Assembly: GCA_903930485.1 (NCBI GenBank)
Contig: CAIYYO010000024.1
Coordinates: forward strand, 1 to 41,839
Direction of reading: 5' to 3'
DNA from: Methanobacteriota archaeon
GTDB taxonomy: Archaea > Altiarchaeota > Altiarchaeia > IMC4 > QMZM01
Length of the DNA: 41,839 nucleotides
Positions 19,401 through 28,317 of the stretch are shown here, piece after piece. Numbering within the stretch: the stretch's first letter is position 1; every line of letters starts with the position of its first letter. The notes below the pieces were generated by a model. It was not told the origin of the DNA. It saw only the letters and a list, made by a program, of their open reading frames with translations, and did no database searches. A program made the position numbers and the translations under genes.

Positions 19401-20299
19401 TTCGATTGCCTCCTCCTTTTTGCCAGCAGGTATTCTGAGGCCATGCTGAGGGCGAAGGCCATGAAGAACAACGTAAGCCCCAGGGTAAAGAGAGCGGCAT
19501 AATGCATGCTTCCGACAGGCACGTAGGACATATCCAACATTATCGCAGAAGTCAGGGTCTCTCCCCGGCTATCAATGCCGAGGATGTTCGACGGGATCAT
19601 TCCCACGTTGCCGAGGACCAGGACGACGGCCATGGTTTCGCCTATCGCCCTGCCCACTCCCAGGATGACTCCGGCAGCTATCCCGGGCATAGCGCCCGGC
19701 AGAATGACTTTCTGGATGGTCTGCCATTTGGTCGAGCCCAATGCGTAAGACGCTTCCCTGAAACTTCTGGGAACTGCACAAATCGCGTCCTGTGAAATGC
19801 TTATCACAATCGGCAGGATCATAACGCCGAGTATCAGTGCCGCAGCAAGTATCCCCTTGCCGGTTGGAAGAGAATCTCCTGTCAGCAATTTTCCAAGGTC
19901 CTGCTGTACCAGTCCCACGATCACGATCAATGCGAACAGGCCGTAGACTATCGAAGGGATTCCTGCCAGGAGTTCGATTGCCGGCCTCAGGATATTAACG
20001 GCTTTTTTTGGCGCCACCTCTGAAAGAAAGACTGCGCACGCGACTCCCAGCGGAACGGCTATGAAAAGCGCCCCGGCGGTCGTCAGGATAGAGCCGGCTA
20101 TGAATATTCCCGCGCCGTAAACGTTTGCCGTAGGCTTCCATACCGTTCCGGTGAGGAAACCAACCAGGTCTCCGTGAGAAAGGAACGGCAGGGCTTCCTT
20201 GAAAAGAAAAAAGACGATGAACAAAAGGATAAGGGCCGCGGATAACGCTGAGAGGAACAATGCCGCCCTTACCGTCTTTTCCTTGTCGCCGGGTTTCAT
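19394..20299 (-). CDS. pstC: Phosphate ABC transporter permease PstC (copy 1)
   Basis: AVFLSE, IELLAGIPSIVYG, GRAIGETMAV. Confidence 0.94.
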   Translation of the reverse strand: MKPGDKEKTVRAALFLSALSAALILLFIVFFLFKEALPFLSHGDLVGFLTGTVWKPTANVYGAGIFIAGSILTTAGALFIAVPLGVACAVFLSEVAPKKAVNILRPAIELLAGIPSIVYGLFALIVIVGLVQQDLGKLLTGDSLPTGKGILAAALILGVMILPIVISISQDAICAVPRSFREASYALGSTKWQTIQKVILPGAMPGIAAGVILGVGRAIGETMAVVLVLGNVGMIPSNILGIDSRGETLTSAIMLDMSYVPVGSMHYAALFTLGLTLFFMAFALSMASEYLLAKRRRQSKC

Positions 20300-20302
20300 G
20301 CC

Positions 20303-21139
20303 TTATCTCAACTTTACGAACCCCTCGTCCTCGACTATTTTTTGTCCCGCGTCCGATAGCACATAATCTATGAATGCTTTCGCATTGCCGGAGGCTTCGC
20401 CTTTCGTCAGCATGTAGAGCTTCCTCGAGATGGGATACGTTCCGGACTTGATCGTCTCCCTGGTAGGCTCTATGCCGCCAATCTTCAGGCCTTTGACAGT
20501 TCCGTCCAGGTATCCTGCGCTGATGTATCCTATCGCGTTCGGGTTCGAGCCCACGGTCGCTTTAACGGCTCCGTTGCTGGGCTGCTGCTCTGCGTTTTGG
20601 GTATTATTGGTCTTGCCTTTGTCCATGATCATATCCTCAAAAGACGTCCTGGTACCGGAGCCTTCCTCCCTTATCACGACCACGATCTGCTTGTCAGGGC
20701 CGCCGAGTTCCTTATAGTTCGTTATCTTGCCGGAAAAGATGTCCTTGATCTGCTGCTTCGTGAGGTCCGAGAGTGTGTTGCCTGGATGGACGACGATCGC
20801 TATCCCGTCGTCGGCTATTTCGTAGACCTTGAGGTTCCCTGCTGCGATCTCATCAGCGGTCAGGTCTCTTGAAGATGCGCCTATGTCTGCCGAGCCTTCG
20901 GAGGCCATCTTTATCCCTGTGCCCGAGCCGCCTCCCGCAACCGAGACCGTGACGCCAGGATTAATCTTCATGTACGCTTCGGCAGCCTTTGCGGCTATCG
21001 GCTGGACGGTCGTCGATCCCGCCACCGTTAGTGTTTGTTTTTGTGTCCCTGGGTTGCTTCCCGTGCATCCTGCGTAGAGCAGGGTGGTTATAAGCAATAC
21101 CACGAGGTATGCTCCTTTTACCTTTCCGTTTATTTTCAT
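20303..21139 (-). CDS. pstS: Phosphate ABC transporter substrate-binding lipoprotein PstS (copy 1)
   Basis: YAGC lipobox, GSTTVQP, GGGSGTG, REEGSGTR, YPISR. Confidence 0.95.
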   Translation of the reverse strand: MKINGKVKGAYLVVLLITTLLYAGCTGSNPGTQKQTLTVAGSTTVQPIAAKAAEAYMKINPGVTVSVAGGGSGTGIKMASEGSADIGASSRDLTADEIAAGNLKVYEIADDGIAIVVHPGNTLSDLTKQQIKDIFSGKITNYKELGGPDKQIVVVIREEGSGTRTSFEDMIMDKGKTNNTQNAEQQPSNGAVKATVGSNPNAIGYISAGYLDGTVKGLKIGGIEPTRETIKSGTYPISRKLYMLTKGEASGNAKAFIDYVLSDAGQKIVEDEGFVKLR

Positions 21140-21145
21140 TAATGG

Positions 21146-21202
21146 CTATATAGAACATTGCTTTTATATATTCTTAGCCAGTATTCTATATAGTCTATAT
21201 AT
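21146..21202. promoter_or_regulatory. pst promoter with repeated CTATATAG elements flanking a TATA-like box
   Basis: CTATATAGAA (21146-21155) and its inverted copy TTCTATATAG (21184-21193), CTATATAT (21195-21202), and TATATAAAA on the minus strand at 21162-21170. Confidence 0.55.
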
Positions 21203-21258
21203 TTTACTTCTTTCCGGAGCGATATAAGCAAAGGCCGGCAATAAATAAATCCCTGAAA

Positions 21259-21702
21259 ATGAAAAAGAGCCCCATCATCTACTGGAGCATGACCGGAAAC
21301 ACGAAGGCGATGGCAGAGGCGATAAAGGAAGGCATCGAATCCGCCGGCGGCAAGGCGGAGTTAAAGACGGTGGAAGAAGCAAGCCTCGATGATGTAAGGA
21401 AAGCGGACGCCTTCGCAATCGGCTCGCCGGCCATGGGTATAGAAGAGCTTGCGGACGAGATCGAAGTATTCGTCGACGGCATGGAAAAGGAAAAGATAAC
21501 CGGGAAAACCGTAGGGGTTTTCGGCTCGTACAAATGGGGCGACGGGGCCTGGATGAAAGATACGGTCGCCCGGCTGAGAAAGGACGGCTTTTCCGTAGTG
21601 GGCGTAGGCCTCATCCTGCAACTTACGCCGGACGAAGCGGGACTGCAGGCATGCAGAGCCTATGGAAAAAAGATAGCCGAAGCCGCCAAAAAAAGAGGAT
21701 AA
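21259..21702 (+). CDS. Short-chain flavodoxin
   Basis: YWSMTGNTKAMA FMN loop, GSPAMG, FGSYKWGDG. Confidence 0.95.
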   Translation: MKKSPIIYWSMTGNTKAMAEAIKEGIESAGGKAELKTVEEASLDDVRKADAFAIGSPAMGIEELADEIEVFVDGMEKEKITGKTVGVFGSYKWGDGAWMKDTVARLRKDGFSVVGVGLILQLTPDEAGLQACRAYGKKIAEAAKKRG

Positions 21703-21703
21703 A

Positions 21704-22249
21704 ATGCTAAACATCCCCGTGATACTAGGGACCGCACGTGAGGGACGCCAGTCGGAGAAAGCGGCCAACTACATGGTCAGGGAAGCGATGAAAGCGGGCT
21801 GTGAAACAGAGCTTCTGGACGTCAGAGATTACCGCATCGGTGCGACAGACAAGAAAGAGAACGATCCTAAAGCAAAAAAGCTCGCGGAAAAGATAGATAA
21901 AGCCGACGCATTGATAATAGTGTCGCCGGAATACAACCACGGATATCCCGGAGAACTGAAGATGATGCTTGACATGCTGTATCTGCAATACTTCAATAAA
22001 CCCGTAGGCTTCTGCGGGGTTTCCATCAGTCCGTTCGGCGGCGTTCGCGTAGTTGAGCAGCTGCGTCTAGTCGCTGCCGAGTTACATATGGTCTCGATAA
22101 GAAGCGCGTTGTATTTCTCCAGGATACAAGATTTTTTCGACGAGAAGGGAGAGCCCGTAGACAAAACCTGCCCTGCACAGACTAAAATCTTCCTTGACGA
22201 ATTGATATGGTACGGAGACGCTCTGAAGACAAAACGGATGAATAGGTGA
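21704..22249 (+). CDS. NAD(P)H-dependent FMN reductase family protein
   Basis: GTAREGRQS, SPEYNHGYPGELK, KPVG, GGVR. Confidence 0.92.
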   Translation: MLNIPVILGTAREGRQSEKAANYMVREAMKAGCETELLDVRDYRIGATDKKENDPKAKKLAEKIDKADALIIVSPEYNHGYPGELKMMLDMLYLQYFNKPVGFCGVSISPFGGVRVVEQLRLVAAELHMVSIRSALYFSRIQDFFDEKGEPVDKTCPAQTKIFLDELIWYGDALKTKRMNR

Positions 22250-22303
22250 CTAAATGGCGTCTTATTACCAAGTTCCGACAAATATATACTTGAGGTGGTT
22301 GGT

Positions 22304-24931
22304 ATGTCAAGATTTTTTCTGTATACTGTAGGTGTTCTCTTTGCCTTCATAGTATTTTTTTCCGGGTGTATCAGCGGCCCGGGTGTGTATGGAAACGCTT
22401 CGACCACAACTCCGCAGGGGAATGCTACGAACCCGGAAATAAAAAACGCATCGATTGAGATTACCCAAAACCCGTCGCTTGGAGCCATAATTACCGATGG
22501 CGACGGCATGACCTTGTACGTGTTTACAAAAGACGTGCAGGGTAAGAGCAACTGCTACGCCCAATGCGAAGCCGCATGGCCGCCGTTGTTTGTCACGGGA
22601 AGCGTCACCTCCTCAGACCTTTCTCAAGAAGACCTCGGAGTGACCCTACGACAGGATGGACGCACGCAGGCTACCTTTAAGGGCATGCCTCTATACTACT
22701 TCGCGCAGGATAAAAAACCCGGAGACATAGCTGGCGAGGGCTACGGAAAGGTATGGTATGCCCTTGTGTTGCCTTCCGACAAAGCGATCCCTCCTGAGGC
22801 CGCGCAATACTCTAAAGACTGGCCTCTACCCAATAAGGACTACAGCAACACCCGCGCCACCAAGGACTCATCCATAAACTCCGGGAACGTGAAAGACCTG
22901 GGAGTAGGATGGTCGTTCCCCATACCCGGAGTAGGCGCCTACGGGGGCGCGGCAAGCACGCCGCTGATACTCGGGAATACGGTATACTTCCAGGACCTCA
23001 AAGCCAACGTCTTTGCATTGGATCTCCAAAACGGCAAAGCGAAGTGGTCGAAGATGTATGATATTTCGGCGGTGGTCGGTCCCAACGGCCCTGCGGTAGC
23101 CTACGGCAAAGTATTTGTCGCAAAAGACCTCTACAGCATGGTCGCATTGGATATCAATTCAGGCGAGGAGCTGTGGTCTACAAAGCTGTCAGATGTGAAA
23201 ACAACGGGCATAGACATCCAGCCAACGGCCTATGACGGCCTAATATACACATCGACGGTTCCGGGAACTGCCGATATATTCTACGCGCCGGGAGGTATCG
23301 GCGTCATATACGCCCTCGACCAGAAAGACGGTTCAGTCAAATGGAACTTTTCCACGGTGGATTCACCCGACCTATGGGGGCATCCCGAAGTAAACAGCGG
23401 AGGGGGCTGCTGGTATACCCCCTCGATAGACCTCGCGACCGGCATAATGTACTGGGGAATAGCCAACCCCGCGCCCTTCCCTGGAACGGAGCAATGGCCC
23501 AGCGGCTCAAGCAGGCCCGGACCCAACCTGTATACCGACAGCATGATGGCCCTGGAACACAGGACCGGAATGATGAGCTGGTATAAACAAGTCCTCCAGC
23601 ACGACCTCTTCGACTACGACTTCCAGATAGCGCCGATCCTTGCCAGCGCGAAAATAAACGGAAAACAACAGGACATCGTCATAGGCGCCGGGAAGATGGG
23701 GAGAGTATATGCCTTCAACCGCGGCACGGGAGAGATACTATGGTCGGCAAACGTCGGAGAACATAACGGGAACGATCAGCTCGACCGCCTGCCCCCAGGG
23801 ACTACGAAGGTCATACCTTCCGCTCTTGGAGGGGTGGAAACGCCGATGGCTTATTCAGACGGCATCGTGTACGTGCCGGTGGTCGATCTGCCGATGGATT
23901 GGACGCCTACAAAATTAGATTTTTCGTCGGTGAATTTCTCCAGCTCGAAGGGAGAGCTTGCGGCAATAGATGCGAGTACCGGCAAGACCTTATGGAATAA
24001 GGTTTTTGACTCATTGAATGTCGGAGGGGCCACGGTTGTGAACGACCTGGTATTCACCGCCACATATGGCGGAAACATCTACGCCTTCAAAAAAGACACC
24101 GGGGAGCAATTATTCCAGTACAAGGCGCCTGCGGGGATCAATGCCTGGCCGGCCGTAGCCGGAGACACCATAATATGGCCTGCCGGCGTAGGCGGCACTC
24201 CAATGCTCGTAGCCCTGAAAATAGGGGCTAAAGATGTTCCTGCGTCCTCACCCGCGCTCGCGATAATAAAACCGAATAAAGGCTCCACGATATTGGCCGG
24301 GGATATAGAAACAGCCGTCAAAGTGTCGAATTTCAACCTGGTCCATAAGCCCGGAGACGCCAACGTAAAAGGGGAGGGACATCTTATCTACTATTTAGAC
24401 GTTGAACCGCCGACGGACCCGCTGCTGCCTGCGTTCACTTCCACCGGCACATACGGGGCGGACTACGGCACTTCACACATATGGATGGGAGTAGCACCGG
24501 GCGCCCATACTTTCGCGGTGCAGCTGGTCAACAACGACCACACGCCTCTGAGACCCCCCGTCATAGCAAGAGCATCGTTCAATACAATAGCATACAACTA
24601 CGGGGAAGGCGCCGGAGGAGAGACTGCCAAAATAACCCTGACGGCGAAGAACAGAGCATTCGACAGGAAACAAATAATCGTCCCGGCAGGCGCGCTGGTA
24701 ACGATAGTATTCAACAACCAGGACGAAGGGATCCAACACAACTTCGCGGTCTACGAAGACAAGGAAGCGACTAAACTAGTCTTCCGGGGAGGTCTTATAA
24801 CTGGCGTCTCAACCACTACCTACAAATTCGCCGCTCCGATGAAGACCGGAACCTACTTCTTCCAGTGCGACCCCCACTCTAAGATCATGAACGGGGAATT
24901 CATCGTGCAAATCTCGGGAGGATCGATATGA
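22304..24931 (+). CDS. Multidomain lipoprotein: COG4315/Lipoprotein_15 domain + PQQ-type beta-propeller dehydrogenase-like domain + Ig-like domain + C-terminal cupredoxin
   Basis: GAGGTG before ATG 22304; FSGC lipobox; GMTLYVFTKD...SNC..CEAAWPP...PLYYF..D..PGD..G; repeated ALD..G...W Trp-docking motifs; GGGCW, YWGIANP, NLYTDS, HDLFDYD; GEGH...VQLVNNDHTPL; HNF...CDPH...M. Confidence 0.85.
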   Translation: MSRFFLYTVGVLFAFIVFFSGCISGPGVYGNASTTTPQGNATNPEIKNASIEITQNPSLGAIITDGDGMTLYVFTKDVQGKSNCYAQCEAAWPPLFVTGSVTSSDLSQEDLGVTLRQDGRTQATFKGMPLYYFAQDKKPGDIAGEGYGKVWYALVLPSDKAIPPEAAQYSKDWPLPNKDYSNTRATKDSSINSGNVKDLGVGWSFPIPGVGAYGGAASTPLILGNTVYFQDLKANVFALDLQNGKAKWSKMYDISAVVGPNGPAVAYGKVFVAKDLYSMVALDINSGEELWSTKLSDVKTTGIDIQPTAYDGLIYTSTVPGTADIFYAPGGIGVIYALDQKDGSVKWNFSTVDSPDLWGHPEVNSGGGCWYTPSIDLATGIMYWGIANPAPFPGTEQWPSGSSRPGPNLYTDSMMALEHRTGMMSWYKQVLQHDLFDYDFQIAPILASAKINGKQQDIVIGAGKMGRVYAFNRGTGEILWSANVGEHNGNDQLDRLPPGTTKVIPSALGGVETPMAYSDGIVYVPVVDLPMDWTPTKLDFSSVNFSSSKGELAAIDASTGKTLWNKVFDSLNVGGATVVNDLVFTATYGGNIYAFKKDTGEQLFQYKAPAGINAWPAVAGDTIIWPAGVGGTPMLVALKIGAKDVPASSPALAIIKPNKGSTILAGDIETAVKVSNFNLVHKPGDANVKGEGHLIYYLDVEPPTDPLLPAFTSTGTYGADYGTSHIWMGVAPGAHTFAVQLVNNDHTPLRPPVIARASFNTIAYNYGEGAGGETAKITLTAKNRAFDRKQIIVPAGALVTIVFNNQDEGIQHNFAVYEDKEATKLVFRGGLITGVSTTTYKFAAPMKTGTYFFQCDPHSKIMNGEFIVQISGGSI

Positions 24932-25464
24932 AAAACATAAAAAAGTTTGGGAGGATATTTACGGCATTCTTTATTGTCTCTGTTTTTTTAACGCTCGGAT
25001 GCGTCCAGCAGCCGGGGAACCCTGGAACGACTCCGACAACGACTGTTGAGGCCACTACGACGGAGACGCCGGCAACGCCGACCGAGGTCCAGTCAACGGC
25101 GCCTCAGGTCACGATCCCTGCCGCGACCCCAACTCGGGAAACGAATACGGAAAAGATCGCTACGACGACTATGACGGCAACGGCAATTCCAACGACTGCC
25201 CAGAATACGGCAAAGACGGTTCAGGTTTCGATAAGCGGCTTCGCATTCCACCCTTCGATGGTAAATATTAATAAAGGCGATACCGTAGTCTGGACTAACA
25301 TGGATACTGCCCCCCACACCGTTACGTCAGATTCGGGAGGAGAGCTGTCTTCAAGCACGTTATCCCAGGGAGACACGTACTCGCACACCTTCAACTCCAC
25401 CGGGGCGTTTGCTTATCACTGCAGCATACACACTTCGATGAAAGCTGATGTGAACGTTAAATAA
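24928..25464 (+). CDS. Plastocyanin/amicyanin-like blue copper lipoprotein with Thr/Pro-rich stalk
   Basis: TLGC lipobox, long T/P linker, GDTVVWTN..PHTVT, YHCSIHTSM (His/Cys/His/Met type 1 Cu site). Confidence 0.92.
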   Translation: MKNIKKFGRIFTAFFIVSVFLTLGCVQQPGNPGTTPTTTVEATTTETPATPTEVQSTAPQVTIPAATPTRETNTEKIATTTMTATAIPTTAQNTAKTVQVSISGFAFHPSMVNINKGDTVVWTNMDTAPHTVTSDSGGELSSSTLSQGDTYSHTFNSTGAFAYHCSIHTSMKADVNVK

Positions 25465-25568
25465 CCCTAATAGTCGACGGCAGGCCGTGCATGCTGGAGC
25501 TTTCTTTAGTATCCCTCATAACCCTTTCCTATAAATCCGGGGCTGTCTTATATATTTAAGGTGAGACT

Positions 25569-26063
25569 ATGGACCGGGTAATAAATCTGTTGATTTTCGC
25601 AGTTATTTTGTCGCTTATCCTGTCCCCAGGCTGCGCGCATCAAAGCACAAAGCCGCAAGCTGAAACGACCACAGTCCCTGAAGAGAACCCCGTTCCTACG
25701 GAAAGCCCCATAGCAACGACTACGACTCTTACGAGCTCCAACGGATTCAACTCCTCCATCAACGATTCAGAGGCGAAGTCTACTACGACTACGCTGCCCG
25801 GGGACGTATCGAAGATGATCAATCTGGCGATAAAGAATTTTGAGTACAGCGAGGTCGCGCTGAGGATCCGTAAGGGCGACACGATCGTATGGACAAACCT
25901 CGACACGGTCGCACATACCGTGTCCTCGGACACGGGCGGCGAACTGGATTCCGACACGCTCGTCAGGGGAGAGACTTTCATGCACACCTTCAACAGCCCC
26001 GGGGTATTCAACTACCATTGCAAGATCCATCCGTCGATGAAAGCCAAGGTGATAGTCTCATGA
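25569..26063 (+). CDS. Second plastocyanin/amicyanin-like blue copper lipoprotein
   Basis: SPGC lipobox, T/S linker, GDTIVWTN..AHTV, YHCKIHPSM. Confidence 0.92.
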   Translation: MDRVINLLIFAVILSLILSPGCAHQSTKPQAETTTVPEENPVPTESPIATTTTLTSSNGFNSSINDSEAKSTTTTLPGDVSKMINLAIKNFEYSEVALRIRKGDTIVWTNLDTVAHTVSSDTGGELDSDTLVRGETFMHTFNSPGVFNYHCKIHPSMKAKVIVS

Positions 26064-26395
26064 CTGATGACCGGGCAACGTCCGACGCCATTGTCTTTAT
26101 CTACGTGACGAACCCTTCAAAGAAGGAAGCCGAGCGGATCGCGAAGAGCCTGATGGACAGAAAGCTCGTCGCATGCGCTAACATGTTCCCTATCGAGAGC
26201 ATCTATCCCTGGGAGGGGAAGATCGTGGACGGGAAGGAGTACGCCCTAATATTAAAGACCGTCCCGGAAAAATCCGGGCTGGTCGAGGAAGCCGTGAAGG
26301 AGATGCACCCCTACAAAGTGCCCTGCATAATCACTTTTCAAGTAAGCCCCAACAAGGAATTCGGGAACTGGCTCAGGAGCGAGCTGGGTCCCTGA
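26060..26395 (+). CDS. cutA: Divalent-cation tolerance protein CutA (start at ATG 26060, ATGA-coupled to the upstream gene)
   Basis: YVTNP, LVACAN, SIYPWEG, LKT, HPYKVPCI. Confidence 0.92.
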   Translation: MTDDRATSDAIVFIYVTNPSKKEAERIAKSLMDRKLVACANMFPIESIYPWEGKIVDGKEYALILKTVPEKSGLVEEAVKEMHPYKVPCIITFQVSPNKEFGNWLRSELGP

Positions 26396-26415
26396 AGTTT
26401 CTTTAAGGTGTTTTC

Positions 26416-28317
26416 ATGCCTTCAAAAAACGCACCAACCGCCTTGGAAGATCTGAGAAAAAAGAGCCCGGAGAAATTCCCATCATCGGAAACCGCATTCA
26501 GCCGCATACATTCCGGGGACCACATACTGATAGGCTCGGGCTGCGGCGAGCCTCAATATCTGTTAAAGTCTTTCATCTCGTATGTCCGGGCCAACCCCAA
26601 GGCGATCCTTGATGCCGAAGTATTCCAGTTATGGGCCCTGGGAAACGTTCCTTATGGCGACGAGCGGCTTGCAGAGAACCTGCGCCACAATTCTTTTTTC
26701 ATAGGCTGCGAAGTCCGGGAAGCCGTGAACAAAGGGCTTGCCGACTATACGCCGATCTCTCTTTCAGACGTGCCGGATCTTTTTTTCAGGGGCATCGTGC
26801 CTGTCGACGTCGCTCTCATACAGGTTTCTCCCCCGGACGTTGAAGGATTCATGAGCCTCGGGGTCAGCGTCGACATCGTGAAGTCGGCAGTAAAACAGGC
26901 ATCCCTCGTAATCGTGCAGGTCAACTGCAACATGCCGAGGGTTTCCGGAGACGGACGGCTCCATGCGGACGATGTCGACTATATCCTTCCATGCGATGAG
27001 CCCCTTATCGAATACCGGCCCGAGGTCGACGAGGAGACTGCTGGAAAGATCGGCAACTATTTATCCCGCCTGGTGCATGACGGTGAGACGATACAAGCCG
27101 GCTACGGCGGGCTCGTCTCTTCTGCAGTGGCGCATCTTAAAGACAAGAAGCATCTGGGCGTACATACTGAGCTTTTGTCCGGCGGCCTGGTGAGCCTCTT
27201 GAGATCCGGGGCCGTTGACAACAGCAGTAAGACGGTCAACCCCTGGAAGACGGTTGCATCATTTTGCATGGGTACGCAAGAGGATTACCGATTCCTTGAC
27301 GGCAACACGGGAATAGAGTTCAGGGGAATAGAGTATACGAACGACCCGCTCGTCATCGCCGGGCACGAGAACATGACTGCGATAAACAGTGCCCTGGGCA
27401 TAGACCTGACCGGTCAGGCGACCGAGGAGTCTGTCGGAAAGTCTTTCTACGGCGGGATAGGCGGGCAGGCGAATTATATGCGCGGGGCGGTCCTTTCCAG
27501 GAACGGTAAAAGCATTCTCGTCCTCGAATCGACTGCCGAAGGCGGGAAAGTTTCTCGGATAATGCCTTTCCTCGAAGAAGGCGCCGGCGTCACCTTGAAC
27601 CGCGGCGACGTCCATTACGTGGTCACCGAGTACGGAATAGCATACCTGCACGGAAAGAACATACGCGAGAGAGCCATGGAACTGATATCCATCGCCCACC
27701 CGCGTTTCAGGCCGCACCTCCTCGCAATCGCTAAGAAGAACAATATCGTGTACCCCGACCAGGCTTTGATATCGGGAAAGAACGGAACATATCCCGAGGG
27801 ACTGGAGGCGTACCGGACGACGAGGACTGGGCTAGGCATCCTCCTTCGGCCGGTTAAGATAACCGACGAGCACCTTCTAAAGGACTTCTTCTATTCCCTT
27901 TCAGAGGAGAGCCTCTATCACCGGTTCATTTCTGTTAGGAAAGACATGCCTCACCACAGGCTCCAGGATTATACGGTCATAGACTACGAAAAACGCATGA
28001 TAATACTCGCAGTCTCGCCGGACGAAAAAGACGAAGAACTTATAGGAGTAGGACAATATGATATACTGGAGGACTCCCACACAGCAGAGATCGCCTTCGT
28101 CGTCAGGGACAAATACCAGAACAAAGGCGTGGGTAAAGAGCTTTTGAAATACCTCACGTACATCGCGAAAAAGAAAGGCTTGCTTGGCTTCAAGGCCGCA
28201 GTCCTGCCTGACAATAAAGCGATGACGACGCTCTTCGAAGAGGCCGGATTCGAAGCAGACAAAAAGACCGCCGACGGATTATACGAATACAGATCGATCT
28301 TCAGGAGGAGACAATGA
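26416..28317 (+). CDS. Acetyl-CoA hydrolase/CoA-transferase fused to a C-terminal GNAT acetyltransferase
   Basis: GCGEPQ, DVALIQVSPPD...SLGVSVD, LGVHTE (catalytic Glu), INSAL.IDLTGQ, GIGGQ, VVTEYG.A.L.GK..RERA..LI.IAHP; GNAT region LSEESLYHRF, AEIAFVVRDKYQNKGVG. Confidence 0.9.
   Translation: MPSKNAPTALEDLRKKSPEKFPSSETAFSRIHSGDHILIGSGCGEPQYLLKSFISYVRANPKAILDAEVFQLWALGNVPYGDERLAENLRHNSFFIGCEVREAVNKGLADYTPISLSDVPDLFFRGIVPVDVALIQVSPPDVEGFMSLGVSVDIVKSAVKQASLVIVQVNCNMPRVSGDGRLHADDVDYILPCDEPLIEYRPEVDEETAGKIGNYLSRLVHDGETIQAGYGGLVSSAVAHLKDKKHLGVHTELLSGGLVSLLRSGAVDNSSKTVNPWKTVASFCMGTQEDYRFLDGNTGIEFRGIEYTNDPLVIAGHENMTAINSALGIDLTGQATEESVGKSFYGGIGGQANYMRGAVLSRNGKSILVLESTAEGGKVSRIMPFLEEGAGVTLNRGDVHYVVTEYGIAYLHGKNIRERAMELISIAHPRFRPHLLAIAKKNNIVYPDQALISGKNGTYPEGLEAYRTTRTGLGILLRPVKITDEHLLKDFFYSLSEESLYHRFISVRKDMPHHRLQDYTVIDYEKRMIILAVSPDEKDEELIGVGQYDILEDSHTAEIAFVVRDKYQNKGVGKELLKYLTYIAKKKGLLGFKAAVLPDNKAMTTLFEEAGFEADKKTADGLYEYRSIFRRRQ

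Noticed and set aside
25020..25215. ACG/ACT-rich repetitive DNA as a tandem repeat or CRISPR array
   Set aside because: It encodes the Thr/Pro linker of the cupredoxin; there is no fixed repeat-spacer period.
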